Below, in pieces: positions 31,801-47,820 of a stretch of 64,000 nt of DNA. Each line of letters begins with the position of its first letter. Within the stretch, counting starts at the first letter, position 1. Under the pieces are notes generated by a model. That model was not told the origin of the DNA, searched no databases, and saw nothing but the letters and a program-made list of their open reading frames with translations. The position numbers were made by a program, and so were the translations under genes. Source of the stretch: the human T2T-CHM13v2.0 reference genome, Homo sapiens; assembly GCF_009914755.1 (NCBI RefSeq), contig NC_060939.1. One strand, 5' to 3'.

Positions 31801-34342
31801 AACAGGTGGGGGTTGCCAGTTATCTAGTAATGGTAGTCATAGCAACAGCAGTGTTTTTAACCACGGAATGTGAAATGAACATTCTGATTAGATGCAAGGC
31901 TACTTACTTAAGGAGATGGCCATGAGATGCCGACAAGGCCCCTGTAATGGCCATGATGGCCGTGTCGGGTATGCTGGGGACAGATCCTCCTCTCCTCCTG
32001 AGCCCTGGTCCCTTTTCCTAAAGGCAAGGTTTACGGTTAAATACTCAAACAAAAACAGTGTAGGCATTGAGGGCGATAGCCTCTGACTTAACTTTTCAGT
32101 TTTGGGTAAACTACGTGTGAAGAAAAAAGCTGAATCTTGTTATTAAAAAAAAATTCTGTATACTTTCTATACATTTATTTCTATACATTTCTAAATGAAT
32201 TAGAAGGTTAAATGCAGGTTCCTCATCTTCTTAACTAGCTTCTTTAATTCAAAAATTTCTAAACAAATTTAGCCATAAATCTAACTGAAACTCTCACATC
32301 CACATTTTTTTTTTTTTTGGTAGGAAGCTTGACTCATTTCATCAAATAGCCTTTGAGAATCCTGGTCACTGGTATTGAAACAACATTGCAGGGTATTGAG
32401 TATTTGTGCAGGCCCTGCTGGTGAGGTGAGACTCATCTCCTTCTTTGGAGAGCTTCAGGGAGAGTAAAGCTCCTTCTCTGCCAGTCTGTTCTTCGAAAAA
32501 CAAACTGAAACATAGCAAAACCCAAAAGGTCCAAATCCTGTGATTAGCTATTAAAATGAGTTGCATGGAACCCTATGGCTATTAGTATCGTCGTTGGTAT
32601 TGTGTAAATGCACACACACTACGAGGATGGCCAGATTGCAGATTTGTGTTTTGCATTTCTTTCCATGGCCTTCATTTCTTTTTCTTTTGTCCTAGATAAG
32701 TCTGCCAGTTTCTTAGCTAATTTTTACTCTATGTCATATTCCTCCAATATGCCTTTAAAAAGAAGCAGCTGGCATGTTTTAGATAACTCCTTGCAGGGGG
32801 AAGTGAGAACTCTGAAGGAGGAAGAGGAGTCAGGGAGGCTCTTGGCAGGGTGATGAGGGCCCCTTGCCTCGACAGCCCCTGAACTCCCTGGCTTCTCTTT
32901 CTCTTGATAACTGTTGGGTGCTCTGACTTTGCTGCCCTCAAAAACATGTTACATTTGCCTTGGCAAGCCCTCCTCATGTACTTTTCAGTGCATTTCCTAA
33001 GGGCCAGGATTGGAGAGAAGCAAGGGCTCTCCCAGATGCACCCCATTCTTGCCATTTAACATTATCTATGCTACCCTGCAGTTACACTGTCTGCAAGCTC
33101 TGACCCAATTTAGGCTCTATGTCTAACCTTAATAGATTGTTCTAACCTCTTCCTGAACATTGCAAGGATCCTAAGACCCCTTTGTCTTAGGATGGCAAAG
33201 GCACAGTTTTCCTCTTCTTAGCTGCACCCGTTATTAAACACATTTGCAAAACTTGCATGGGAGGCTTGAAGTCCATTTCTCAGGTATGAATGACAGGATG
33301 AAGACCAGGGCATTCTGATTGCTCGAGTCAGGGGTGTGGGTCATGCCATGACCAGTTTGTGCTGGATGAATGTGGGCAGTGACCCTGTGTGATGTCAGTA
33401 AGCTTTGCTGTGCCTTTGTAGTCCCAGGGATGGATTCGACTAAGCCATGTCCTCTCCTTCCAAGTAGTTCTTTGGGCACTGGTGAATATGTGCGTGTTGT
33501 TACCTATAATTAGGTGTGCAATTTACAAATAATCTATGCTCGTGTCTTTTTCTGAGCTGTGCTTGCTGGCCCAGAAGAGGTGAAGGGTGGCTTCAGTCCC
33601 ATTTATGTCACTTAATGAATGGAAGGAATTGGCTGGGATAAACCTCCATGCTATCAAGGAGACTCTGCAAAGATCTCTGCCTCACTGATGTTCTAATGGA
33701 GCATTTGCTCAGTTGCAGCATGTTGCCCAGAGCAGAGAGTAGCCGTCCTGTAGATGGCAAGAACTAAGGAGGTGGATCCCAGGCTGCCTTTGTGGGCATT
33801 GCAGACCAAATTCGGGTGCAGGGCCCTCTGCAAACTCAGGTTGAAAATGCAAATCAGGTAATGGAGTCAGTGATAAATTGATGAGCGAAGATGAAGTATA
33901 TCTAGCTTTTAAAAAATAAAAGGGAGGATCTGCCACAAGTGGTAACCCTTAGAGACAGTGAACATGGGAAAGAGGCAGCTAGCTCAGCCCAGCACCTCTG
34001 CACACAGGGTTCACTCTGCAGAGCTGCTGGGAGTGGAGAGGGAGTGGGCATTCCACAGCTACATCTGCAAGGCAGGACCGTTGCCCTGGGTGCAGTGCAG
34101 AGGCAAAGCATCTTTATGACCAAGGCACATCCTCAGCTTATTCTGACATTTACCTCCATCCGTGTGTTTTTAAGGCAAATCCACCGCACATTTCTGAAAC
34201 ACCCTCCTGGGAATCGATCGTTAGTCACCAAATTTCAATGGAACTCAAAGCAGAGCTCATGCTGTGATGAATGCCTTTTCTGTTTCTACCAGTGTGATCT
34301 TCCAGGCTTTAAACTTGCCATTACTTCTGACCAATTCATTTC

Positions 34343-34888
34343 TTTTTTTTTTTTATTTTTTATTTATTTATTTATTTATTTATTTATTTTTTAATTTTTT
34401 TTTTATTATACTCTAAGTTTTAGGGTACATGTGCACATTGTGCAGGTTAGTTACATATGTATACATGTGCCATGCTGGTGCGCTGCACCCACTAACGTGT
34501 CATCTAGCATTAGGTATATCTCCCAATGCTATCCCTGCCCCCTCCCCCGACCCCACCACAGTCCCCAGAGTGTGATATTCCCCTTCCTGTGTCCATGTGA
34601 TCTCATTGTTCAATTCCCACCTATGAGTGAGAATATGCGGTGTTTGGTTTTTTGTTATTGCGATAGTTTACTGAGAATGATGGTTTCCAATTTCATCCAT
34701 GTCCCTACAAAGGACATGAACTCATCATTTTTTATGGCTGCATAGTATTCCATGGTGTATATGTGCCACATTTTCTTAATCCAGTCTATCATTGTTGGAC
34801 ATTTGGACATTTGGGCTATAAAGACACTTGCACACGTATGTTTATTGCGGCACTATTCACAATAGCAAAGACTTGGAACCAACCCAAA
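34343..34888 (-). mobile_element. L1HS pre-Ta, 5'-truncated with a short 5' inversion
   Basis: Minus-strand gatgacACGttag (34496-34498), cacaatgtgcac and acttaGagtat (34413); perfect TSD TGACCAATTCATTTC at 34328-34342 and 34889-34903; inverted segment at about 34815-34890. Confidence 0.92.
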
Positions 34889-35532
34889 TGACCAATTCAT
34901 TTCAATTAAGGAATTTTTGAGTGTCTCCTATGGCCCTTTGTAATATGATCAGTGGACTGGAAGTGAAGCCCCAGCCAACACTGCTCTAGGTATCTGACGG
35001 AGAGCTTGATGTCTCTTCTGTTTCTTTTCACCCACCAGTGGGTATCATGCTTCTGAGACACTGGCCCCACTGCCCTGGCTTCCTGGCCCTACATGGGACC
35101 TTCTGATGGTCTTGTCCATTTTTATTGTCCTGTGGGATCTGCCCCAGGTTCTAGAAATGAAAGCTCTGCCCAGCCCAGCAGGGAGCCTCCAGGATCCTGC
35201 TCCGTGCTGTGGCCTCAGAATTTTGTATCTCACCCTTTCTTACTCCATGTAGTGCTTTGTATTTTACACACCAACGAGTATCATAGTTAAGTGCACTCTC
35301 ACTACGATTTGAGTCACTGGCACACACAGAGGGACGAAGGAAAGCAAAACATTCTACTCTCAACATAGGCACACATAGTGTCAAAAAGAGGACTTGGCTG
35401 TCCTCTCCTGGCAAGGTCACGTGTGGGCACACCCTGAGGTTAGACACAGGCCAAGTCGCCACAGGTGCCTTCTTCCCAGCGGGACGGCTGTCCTGCCTCT
35501 CCCTGAGCTGGTTATTGATGGGAGGAGGGTGA

Positions 35533-35911
<379 letters not shown>

Positions 35912-35934
35912 TGTTGTCAACGTTCTGTCTTATT

Positions 35935-36125
35935 CGTGGCAGGAAACTCCCTTAAGAGGGGTTTTATGGCAATCCTCATTTCTCAGAATTTTATGCTCTT
36001 ATTCAGAAAAGGGGAATTCTGAGAAGGCATCTTTCTGCACTTGTTGATTCTCAATGACCTTTTGCTCAAAATAATCCACATCCCAAAGTGACATATTTTG
36101 GGGTGATGTCTTCTGAACCCCTTTA
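35935..36125 (-). mobile_element. MER34-like LTR fragment
   Basis: gctcaaaataatccacatcccaaagtgacatattttggggtg..ttctgaacccc. Confidence 0.6.
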
Positions 36126-37583
36126 CTCAGCAGTGATGGAGGCTTATGTCCCAGGGCTGCTGCTGCTTGTGTTTCCGTTGCTCAGCGTCTCCACTCGGTT
36201 CCCATCTGTCTGACTCAGTTGAGTGTGGTGTCCTGGCTGGATGCCTCCTGTCCCTGCTGAGGCCGAGCTCTGAGAGTGATTCTCACATCTCATTCCTACC
36301 CTCAATGCAAATCTTATGTGCTGGGTTTTTCATATAAGGAAGTGAGGTTTAGCATAGTGCTCGGGAGTCAGATGTCATTGATTTTGAACCGCTGCGACTG
36401 ATGGTAATGGGTGGTGACCGTGGCCAGGTCACCTTCCAGAGGAGTCTGCCTTTCCTCACCCCACAGTATGATAAAGGCTCTGCATCCATTCACATTCACA
36501 CACGGAGAGGAAGTTAGCTTCCATTATTGTGAATCACAGAGTAATGAGGAAATGAACAAATGGATGCAAATCCCCCTGGTCTCCTCTCTCCCTGATGACC
36601 CTGGCCATACCGGGGTCTGGGAGGGCAAGCATTCTCTCCACCAGTCTCCCAATGGAACCACGCGTGCTCTGACCTGGCCTTCTCCTCTGGCTACAGCCCC
36701 AAGTCCTAGCTTCTTCCCCTGAGACTCCAGAGTCTTTGATATGCTATCTCTTGGCTAGTTATCATTCTCTCTCGCAGATTTCAAGTCCCAAGGGGACCCT
36801 GTGCCATATTATTTTCTATTTCTGTTGCTCTACACTGTGGAGAAGCCAGTATTTTCATGTGTGCAGTGCTCTTGGCCTCAGGGCGGGCTGGCCTTGGGGC
36901 GGGCTGGGTTTTAGTTTGGGACCATTGTTTGTGCTCCTCCAAGGTAGGCAGAGTCCAATTTGGGCTCAATCCCTCCCTTACTCTGAGTCAGATAAGGTCT
37001 GGGCAAGATAACCTCCATTCCCTTTATGGTTTTTAAGTTGTGGAACTGAGTGAGACACATTCTGTGGGTCTGCCTCTTTCCACCCCACAGTCCAGCTCCT
37101 GCACCTGTGATGGGGCAGCTCAGGGTGGGCAGGACGAGGACAGTGGTCATGTCCATGGATCCTGTGGCCCTGGATGCAGCATCCCACCCCTCTGTCCACA
37201 CCCTCCTTAGTCCTCCCCACCTGTGCCCAGCACCTCTGTGCCCACCAGGCAGACAGCGCCCAACCTCCCAGCTGCAGCCCCCAGACTCTTGCTGGCTGGC
37301 CACTGTTGGGTGTGCCTAACGGGGAGTGCCACCAGGGACTGGAGCATCAGTGGTTACAGAGTCCAGAAAACTGAATGCCTGTTCCCTCCTCGCCTTGCCT
37401 ATAAAACATCTGCCTACAATTAGTATGATTTACTTAACACATGTTTTCAGAAATGCATTAATTAGATCAGTGTCTGTATTTGCAGGGACTTGTGCAACTG
37501 TTTTTCATAAGAACGACTCCTTATTCTTCACCAGCAATAGAGGAGGGTGGTCATTTTACTAGTTAGTAGGGGATGCTTCTTCT

Positions 37584-38489
37584 TGTCACCAAACTGAACT
37601 TGGGTCGGCTCACCCAGCATGCAGACAAGACCAAATACTGTCACTGGGATTCGCAGCAAGAGAGAGGCATTTATCACAGGGCACCCAACAAGGAGGATGG
37701 GCAGCTCACACCTAACCTGACCTTCTTGATGGCTTACAGGCAAGAGTTTTTAAAGGCAGGGTACATTTCAGGAAAGCAGAAGTTACAGGCAAAATTTTAT
37801 ATCAACACATGGAGGTTGTACATTGGTTTGGCCTAAAAAGGTGGGATATCTTGAAGTGGGAGTTTATAGGTCATAGATAGATTGAGATTCTTTTATTTAT
37901 AGTTGGTTAAGGAACCAAAGCTTTGTCTAAAAGATTTGAGGTGAGCAGAAAGGAATGTTAAGGGCTGACCTTAACATATGGTAGTTAGGATAAGGAACCC
38001 TGGTGATTGTCATGTGGTGTTATACCAGAGTCAGGTCACCAGGGTAAGCCACAGTATGCGGGGCCAGATTAGCAAGAGTGATGGCCTGTAGACGTGACCT
38101 TCTTTAGGCTCCTCAGGAAGAAATTTAGAACAAAGAACGTGGTCAGAATTCAGTCCCGTTTCCCCCTTATCTGAGGACTGTGTGATGTGACAGCAGTGGG
38201 CATTTTCCATCTGGTAGGGGCCTGGGTTTCTGAAAAACAACTCAAGAACATATGCTAAGATGTTCTATAGAGTCCCTAGAACATCTGCAACTCTAACCTG
38301 TTTGGAGACTGTTGCTTAAGTTCCTACTGTCTTCTTGCCTATTGGGTTGCCCATTTATTTCTCTGGGGTCACTGGGTGCCTGGAATTTCCCTGGAAGGGA
38401 CTCAGAACTTGAGGATTCAAGATTTTTCCTTTATTTCCATGCCGAGGGTGGGGTGGCAGGGCCCTAAGGGGGATCTCTGCCCTGTTTCA
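37584..38489 (-). mobile_element. ERV1 solo LTR, MER49-like (MER4 group)
   Basis: TG..CA termini, about 905 bp; MER4-like core tacattggtttggcctaaaaaggtgggatatcttgaag; right end ggtgcctggaatttccc..tttcctttatttccatgc..ggccctaagggg. Confidence 0.7.
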
Positions 38490-40886
38490 TCATCTTCATT
38501 AGCTGTAATCAGTAATCGCAGATCAAGTATTCAGTTCGATCTTCAGAATGGACAATAATGCAAAGCATTATTCAACCTTTCCATTGGATGAACCTGGAAT
38601 TGCTTCTTTTTTTTTTCTTTTTTCTGCCTTTTATTCAATAAATATTATGATGTCCTTAATAAACAAGATTCAGGGAGGAAATTGCTCAAGCTTATAGGAT
38701 TAATTAAGGGGAGTCAGAACATGCTCTAACTAGATGGGGCATTTTACAAAACAGATGATTAAAATCTTATGAGACGTTTGAGAGAGATCGACCTGTTCAG
38801 AGAGACAGAAGCATGATGCTTCTCCTTTCTTCAGTGACCTTTTTTGTAGACATTTGCTATGCTCCTTGATGGACAGTGTGCTGATCTGGTAGAGCAAGGT
38901 TTTATTCTCTTGCCATCTGCTTGCAAAAGAGTGAGAAGACCAGCCAGTTCCCCATGCGTTATTAGTTTATGTTACTGTACTTTCTAACTTTAAATCACAA
39001 AGCATATTGATAACCACATGATTTGAAAAAGAGTTGAGGAAATTAGAAAACAAAAACAATCAACAACCACAAACTAAACTAAGGTAGACTGCATGGGTGC
39101 TAATTTTTAGTTTGAAAATACACAGAAAATTAGCCTGTTTAAAGTGATGCCATTCTCAAGGTGGTCTCTCAGAGAGACCCGGAGAGTCCCTTGGGGTACA
39201 AAGGCTGGGGGGCTCCCATGGCTTACCTATCAAACATTTGATCTAAATCATATTTCCAGTTGTCTCTGTGAATTTTGTCTTGTTACAACCAAGTAGCTGT
39301 TTTCTAGAATGTCTAAATGGCCCTTAATAATTTCTCCTGTATTTGTCTGGATCAACGTAGCCTGTTTTAGTTTCATAAAACATTTCTTTCCTGTGTTTCT
39401 CAAGAACTCAAAATTTAAGGTCAACAAAATGACCTTGCTCATCCAGATGGCAAATAAAGATGATGAAGATGCTGTTTTCTATCTATATTTTTTTGGTAAA
39501 GCCATGCACTAGGAGTTTGTATGATTGTCCCCAAATGGGCTACATGATTGAAATCCATTTAGTTTGAGGATAGCAGGTGCTTTTGGTTTTCCTGAGCTGA
39601 AGTTCTACATTATTTTTAAAAATCTTTAATATATTCTTTCTGCCTTTCAAAAGGCAAATTTTCCTCAATCCCATTATCTCTTCCCTCCTCATTTTCTTCC
39701 TGGAGAACCTTAGTCCCTTAAATCTCTAGCACGTTCTTCCACAGAAGATGCCCCAAATGGCTCTCTGCTTTGTGAGTGCTACACCTGGGTGGAATCACCC
39801 CTCTCCTCTTTCACAGTTGAGAGTCAGCAGCTAGAGACGTCCCAGCCAGCTGCGCAGGCTTGAATGCTGGCTTCATCATTTACTGGCAATGCCATCTAAG
39901 GCAGCAGTGCACCCACATGCAAAATGGGGGAACAGAAGAAGTTGTTTTACAGAGATCCAAAGTGCTTAGAAGAGTACCTGAGAGATACTTAATACCAAAT
40001 AAGTATTACCTATAATTACTATTAATATGATTCCTCTTGGACCTTGGACTTCATGCTGGAACTTTCTGCAAAAGATCCACAAGCAAACTCCTTATTTTCT
40101 AAAGTGAATTAGTAGAGGACATGGACTTTGGATTCCAAGTACTTTGATTCGGGTACTTGAGTCATGGGTGCATATTGCAGGAACTTAGTCACTTAGTCTC
40201 TCAGTGTAAACAATGACCTAAGAACTAGAAATGGCAAAGGACAGAATGCACAACCCCAAGAGAGGAGCTCTGTGCCCATGAGTGTGATTAAGACCTTAAG
40301 AAGTCTTGGAGTGGATTCTTACATTAATTAGATGCTCTACATGACTCATTACAAACCAGATATCATGGTCCTCTGATTCCAGCCATGGCGACTGCAGTGT
40401 TCCCGGGAGACCACTGGCTGCTGTCCAGTGAGTGCACTCTCCTGGGAATGGTTCCCCACGGCCCTGGAACACACAGAGTGGCCATGCCTTAATTCTCCAC
40501 ACAGTCTCACTTCAGAATCCTGGCCATACTTGGACATCCAGAGGCCAGAGTGGAATGAAAACAATCAACTTTCAAGCATAAGAGATTCTCCCACTTCTTC
40601 CTTTGTTCACAAGTTTTGTTGATTCTTATTTACTTTTCTGAGGATAGATATGGTATAATCCAAAGTCATGATTCATTCATTTTAAAAGGATGAAAAGTGA
40701 GGCTGTGAATAATTTAAAGATGCAACATCCATTTGTATCTTTATAGCATTTCATTTTAATCCAATATTAATGTGGGTCAGCCCTGATGAAATTCTCTTAT
40801 CAGCAACTGTAGTATTTTGTTTATTGTGTCAAAATCTGAGAGCAGTTAATAATTAGAATATATTTTTTCTACTGAAATAATAGAAA

Positions 40887-41146
40887 TGTTACCAAAAGGC
40901 CAGGGACTCTGTCTAGGTCCCTTGCATGCTGCACAGAAAGCCAATCGCTGAGACAAGTATTGCCAGGGAGGAGGAGCCTGGATACGGCAATCTGATGAGT
41001 TTCAGTTCTTTGCTGGAGGGTGGATTTCCTGAGGAAGGAACTCAGATGAGACAAATGTAAGCTTCAAGTTTTAAGACCAGAGGGTCAATTTCTATGTTTA
41101 CTTAAAAACTCATAAATATTTATGTGGGACACTTGGGCCAGCTTCA
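40887..41146 (-). mobile_element. Internally deleted ERV1 solo LTR (MER66-like)
   Basis: tgttacc..tctaggtcc..gcacagaaagccaatcgctgagacaagtattgccaggg; TG..CA termini; perfect 4-bp TSD GAAA at 40883-40886 and 41147-41150. Confidence 0.7.
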
Positions 41147-44100
41147 GAAAGGCATTACAAAAAAAATGGAATATGAAGAAAATAATATTTAAAAGATTCA
41201 CAATCTTACTACTGTAACACAGCCACTTCTCACATTTCTGTAGGGTTTGCAAAAATGTTTAAAATACTAGATGTGCAGATAATGATGCTGGACAGACGGA
41301 TGGGTATGGAAAGGTGTCTAGTACCTTGTCCCCCGTGCCACACTTCACACTCACTGTGCTCTTGCCTCCCCTGCTGGGCAACACTCAGGTGAACCCAGTG
41401 AGTGCTGCCCCTGACCCTCCTGACCCACGTCCTCATTGCAGGCACACTGATTGCCCCCCTTTTTGTGTTACAGAACACTTGCCTCTACCATCTCTTCTGT
41501 ATTTTGGATCATTTCTTTGAGATAAATTTCAGAACCTGTCTGGGTGTAAGGTGTGCTGTTCCTTAACACTGTATGTCTGCCTTCCCTTTAGTCCCTTTCT
41601 CCCACTGGAGCTGGAGAGGGGAAGATGCAGGTGAGAAGCCTGGCACCTGGGTGGGGTACCCAGAGCGTGTGGACTGAGCTCCGAGGAAGTACCAGGTGAT
41701 GTACGTGGAAGCCGTGGACTGAGCTCCCAGTGGCCTCCAACTTCCCGGGCTGCTCCCTGCATGGCGGTGAGGGCCTTGCTGAGGCCAGGGGTTTGGGGGT
41801 GCCGCATGTTTTCATCCCCGGTGCTTTCCGTGTGTGCCAGCACCTAAGAAGTAAAACATTTTTCAAAGGAAAAGATCATGTTTTCACCAAGCTGCTAAAT
41901 TTAAATCTGGATTTTAGTTTCCCTAAGTGCAGAACCGTTTTCTTAGAAGGCCTGAAATGCTGAGTAGTGTTAGCCAGCCTTACCAGCTGCATAGGAAGTG
42001 GTTCTTTGAGAACCTAAATAATGTCTAATGCTACCTGACCCTCACAGCTACCCAGGAAGCAGGTCCTCACCTGGGCCTGCCCTTTCTCCCACCTGCACTG
42101 GCAGTGCTGGCTGATGGGGTAGCCTCCAGTTGTCTGTGTTAAAGCCCAGGGTGATGTCATGCAAGGCATCCTCTCTGTGCCTCAGTTTCCTCACCTGAAT
42201 GCGAGTGGACTGGATTTCAACAGGTTCTTCTTGCAATGCTTTTCACTGTCCTAGCAAGGAATTGCCACAGTCACGACTTATGATGAGAATGTATTTGATC
42301 TCTCAGGTATTTAAGATGGAAAGGTTAAGAAGTAACAGATTTGATTATTTTCACATCCCTGCAATGAAACTTTCTTGCATGCTGTGCATATAGGATAACG
42401 TTAGTGTATTCCATCTATCATTCTGGCAGTGCTATTTGTGAGCTTAATGGAGCTCCTCTTTCATTCACAAGGCTAAGCATTTCATAGCCATTTCTGTAGG
42501 AAGCATTATTTAATGGGACCCTAGGTTTCCTTCCAGGAGGGGAGCTGAACATGGTCACTCAGTTGCTAGGAATGGTGGATGCCTCTGGTGCCACCCACCG
42601 CCTGGGGTGAGGAGAGTCTTCACCCTCCTTGGAAGCTCCCACCTCATTCTGTTGCTCTGACAAAGACTAGAGTTCCTTCTTCCTTCCTCCAGGGTGTGGT
42701 CATCACATTTATTTGGTGATTAATCATCAAATGATTTGTTCTTCCTAACTGAAGTATCTTAATTCTGTTGACTGACTTAAAATAATCACAATGTAGTACA
42801 CAGGCTTTTATAATTTTAATTGAAAACAACAGATATACCTGAAAGCTGTCTTCCCTTGTCCTTCCCATGACAGTGCCCATAAACTAAAGCACAGTTGCCT
42901 TCGCTTCCCAGACACCGCCCTGCAGGTAGCAGAACTGGAGCCGCCACCTCCCCGCCCCCCTCCACGTGGAGGCAGGCAGGTAGCAGAATCGGAGCCGGTG
43001 CTTAGGGTGGACTGCCAATTGTTTAGTCTGAAGATTTTACTTACAAGGGTGGGCTGCCGATTGTTTAGTCTGACGATTTTACTTATAAAGTCGGAGTAAG
43101 TTTACCTGTAGATCAAGATTTATGATGTTTTTCATTCCTGTCTGAAGAAGAATCTAAGGGAGAAATGCTGGGCATTTGGGTTGTTCATTCCCTCTATGCT
43201 TCCCACCTGCCTTCCACCCAGAGGGATGAAGAGGCAAGCATGGAATCCTGCTTCCCTACCCACCACCAGGCTATTGAGGGCATGGCCCAGGAATGGTGTG
43301 AGGGACTTTGTAGCCTGTCTAGTAAAATGCATCTAAAGTTGGCAGCTGCCCTCTAACAGGTGCCCTCCACCTGCCCTGGTCTTCGAGAAGTCCTCCATCA
43401 GAATAGGGTGCTGAGAGAGCTGGTGCCCACAGGAAGTGCATGTGGGCTGCTGCAGATGGAGAGGGAGCCCTAAGAACAGACTCCACATGGCCGGAGCTTC
43501 CAGGGGAGGAGGAGGAGCCCAGATGAGAGACCCAGAGCCTGTGACTAAGATGATTGGCAGATTAGGGGCTCCCTTTGGAAATGATGACCACTTTTTGCAT
43601 TTATTTCTCTGGATGTGTCTTGCAGGCAGGCACAGGCACAGAAATGGCAACATGGATGCTTTTGGTGCTGGGATGTCCCAGGCAGGCGTGAGTTGATGCA
43701 AATAGGCAAGAGGTTGAGGCCAGGGCAGAGAGGGGCTGAAAGTCAGTAGGGCCCTGAGCTGGCAGAGGGGTGAGAATAGAGCGCCCAGGGATGAGGACCT
43801 GGCACTCCTGGGTATGGATGCACAGGCACCCTGGTGATGCCCTCAGGTGACTGTCAGGGCACAGGTCCATACCTCTCACTGCAGCATCCAGGAACTCAAG
43901 GGACAGGCTCGGGTGCTGCTGACATGGACAATGTGCTCTCAGGGACTGAGCGTGGTCAGGGAGGATGACATGAGCTTTGTACTCCCGGTGAGCTTGGTCC
44001 AGGTCAAAGCAAATCGCGGCCACTAAGTGGAGGGGGTGGGACCGCAGTGTCCTCACCCAGCTTCAGAGACGACGTGGCCCATGCTGATGCAGGACACTGG

Positions 44101-44818
44101 CTGGGCCCCAGGCAAGCTGGCCAAAGTGATGTGTGGAGAGGAGAACCCTGCACAGCTCCTGCTCCCGGCCTGAGCCACCACTCAGTGGTGACTTGTGGGC
44201 TGCCATCCGGATGCCCCGGGCTTCAGAGGAGCCACCGGTGCTTCCCCCAGCAAACGGGCACTATGCGGGGCAGTTGGCTGCCATTTTCAGCCAGTGCATT
44301 CACCAGGTCTCTGGTTCCTGGAGTGACGGGCACATAACTCTCCTGACCAGCAGATCCCCCTCTGGCCCTGAGAGATGGGGACAGAGGAATGCTCCCCACT
44401 TCTTGGCAGGCACCTTGTCCCTTTGGCCATAGCCAGCATCTTATCTAGTACTCACTTTACTCTCTGGAACAAATGAGGCCTAGAGGGACTTGGCCTAGGA
44501 TACGTTGTCCCTCACTTTCAGAAAAGAAACAAAAAGCCAGGCCTCTGCCTCCTAAAGCAGTACTATTTATCCCCAAAGAACATTTTATTCTCCTTTAATA
44601 AAACGTTGATATCAGGGAAAAAAAACTGAAAGAAAAAGGAAAGTAAACCATGTTTCACATGAGGTGCATAAACAGCCAGCCGCCTGTAAGGTGAGGTCTC
44701 TAAGTGTCCTTCAGGCTTAACTTGCATAGAATGTTGTTGATTTAACACTAAGGTATCAAGTTCATTAACAGAAATTAGAACATGTAGTAATTACACAATT
44801 AATTAAGAAATAAAAACA

Positions 44819-45130
44819 GGCCAGGCTTCGTAGCTCATGCCTGTAATCCCAGGGCTTTGGGAGGCCAAGGTAGGAGGATCACTTGAACCCAGGATTTCAG
44901 TTTGAGACAAGTCTGGACAACATGGCGAAACCCTGTCTCCTCCAAAAACAGAAAAGTTACCTGGGCCTGGGCGTGGTGGTGTGCACCTGTAGTCCTTTGT
45001 TACTTGGGAGGCTGAGGGGGGAGGATCACCTGAGCCTTAGGACATTGAGGCTGCAGTGAGTCATGATAGTGCCAGTGCACTGCAGCCTGGTCAACAGAGT
45101 GAGATTCTGTCTCAAAAAAATAAAAAATGT
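44819..45130 (+). mobile_element. AluJ
   Basis: ggccaggc..gcctgtaatcccag..gaggatcacttgaacccagg..gaggctgcagtgag, A-rich tail. Confidence 0.88.
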
Positions 45131-45149
45131 AATAAAATATATATTTTTT

Positions 45150-45318
45150 AAATTATCTGGCCGTGGTGGCATGCACCTGTAGTCCTAGCTATTTGGAAGG
45201 CTGAGGCAGGAGGATTGCTTGAGCCCAGAAGTTCAAGACTCCAGTGAGCTGTGATTGCACCTGCAATCTAGTCTGGGTGACAGTGAGACTCTATTTCTAA
45301 AGAAAAAAAAAAGAAAAC
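45150..45318 (+). mobile_element. Alu right monomer (FRAM/AluJ)
   Basis: gtggtggcatgcacctgtagtcc..ggaggattgcttgagcccag..poly-A. Confidence 0.8.
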
Positions 45319-45685
45319 AACCATGGCAATTTTTTTTTATCTACAAAATTTAATTACTAGATTTTACCCATGGAAATAAGGAAATTTCAGGAAACCTTAT
45401 TCCACCATAACTACTTTTGAAAAATAACAGATGCTAAGGCAATTATTTGAATATGCCAGCCTACCCAGCATGTTTTTCTTCATCATCTTGATACATCACA
45501 TGAAACTGCTGGTTTTATTTTTGCTCATAATTAGGAACAAATATTTTTAATTGTCTTAGTGCATGTTTTAAAATTTTTAAATGCTCAAAAGGGTTAAATG
45601 AAGGATAATGCTTAGTGCCTGTGAAAACACACTAAATGTAAAATAAATAAAACATTTTAGCACCAATGAAATAATACATAATTTT

Positions 45686-47820
<2,135 letters not shown>

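Noticed and set aside
33168-33193. Hairpin ATCCTAAGAC-6nt-GTCTTAGGAT
   Set aside because: A 10-bp stem is expected about once by chance in 64 kb; no ncRNA features.
34343-34888. L1HS-Ta assignment
   Set aside because: The diagnostic triplet is ACG (pre-Ta), not ACA.
42922-43087. Repeat-spacer-repeat pattern as CRISPR-like
   Set aside because: Only two copies of each unit, human DNA, no cas genes.
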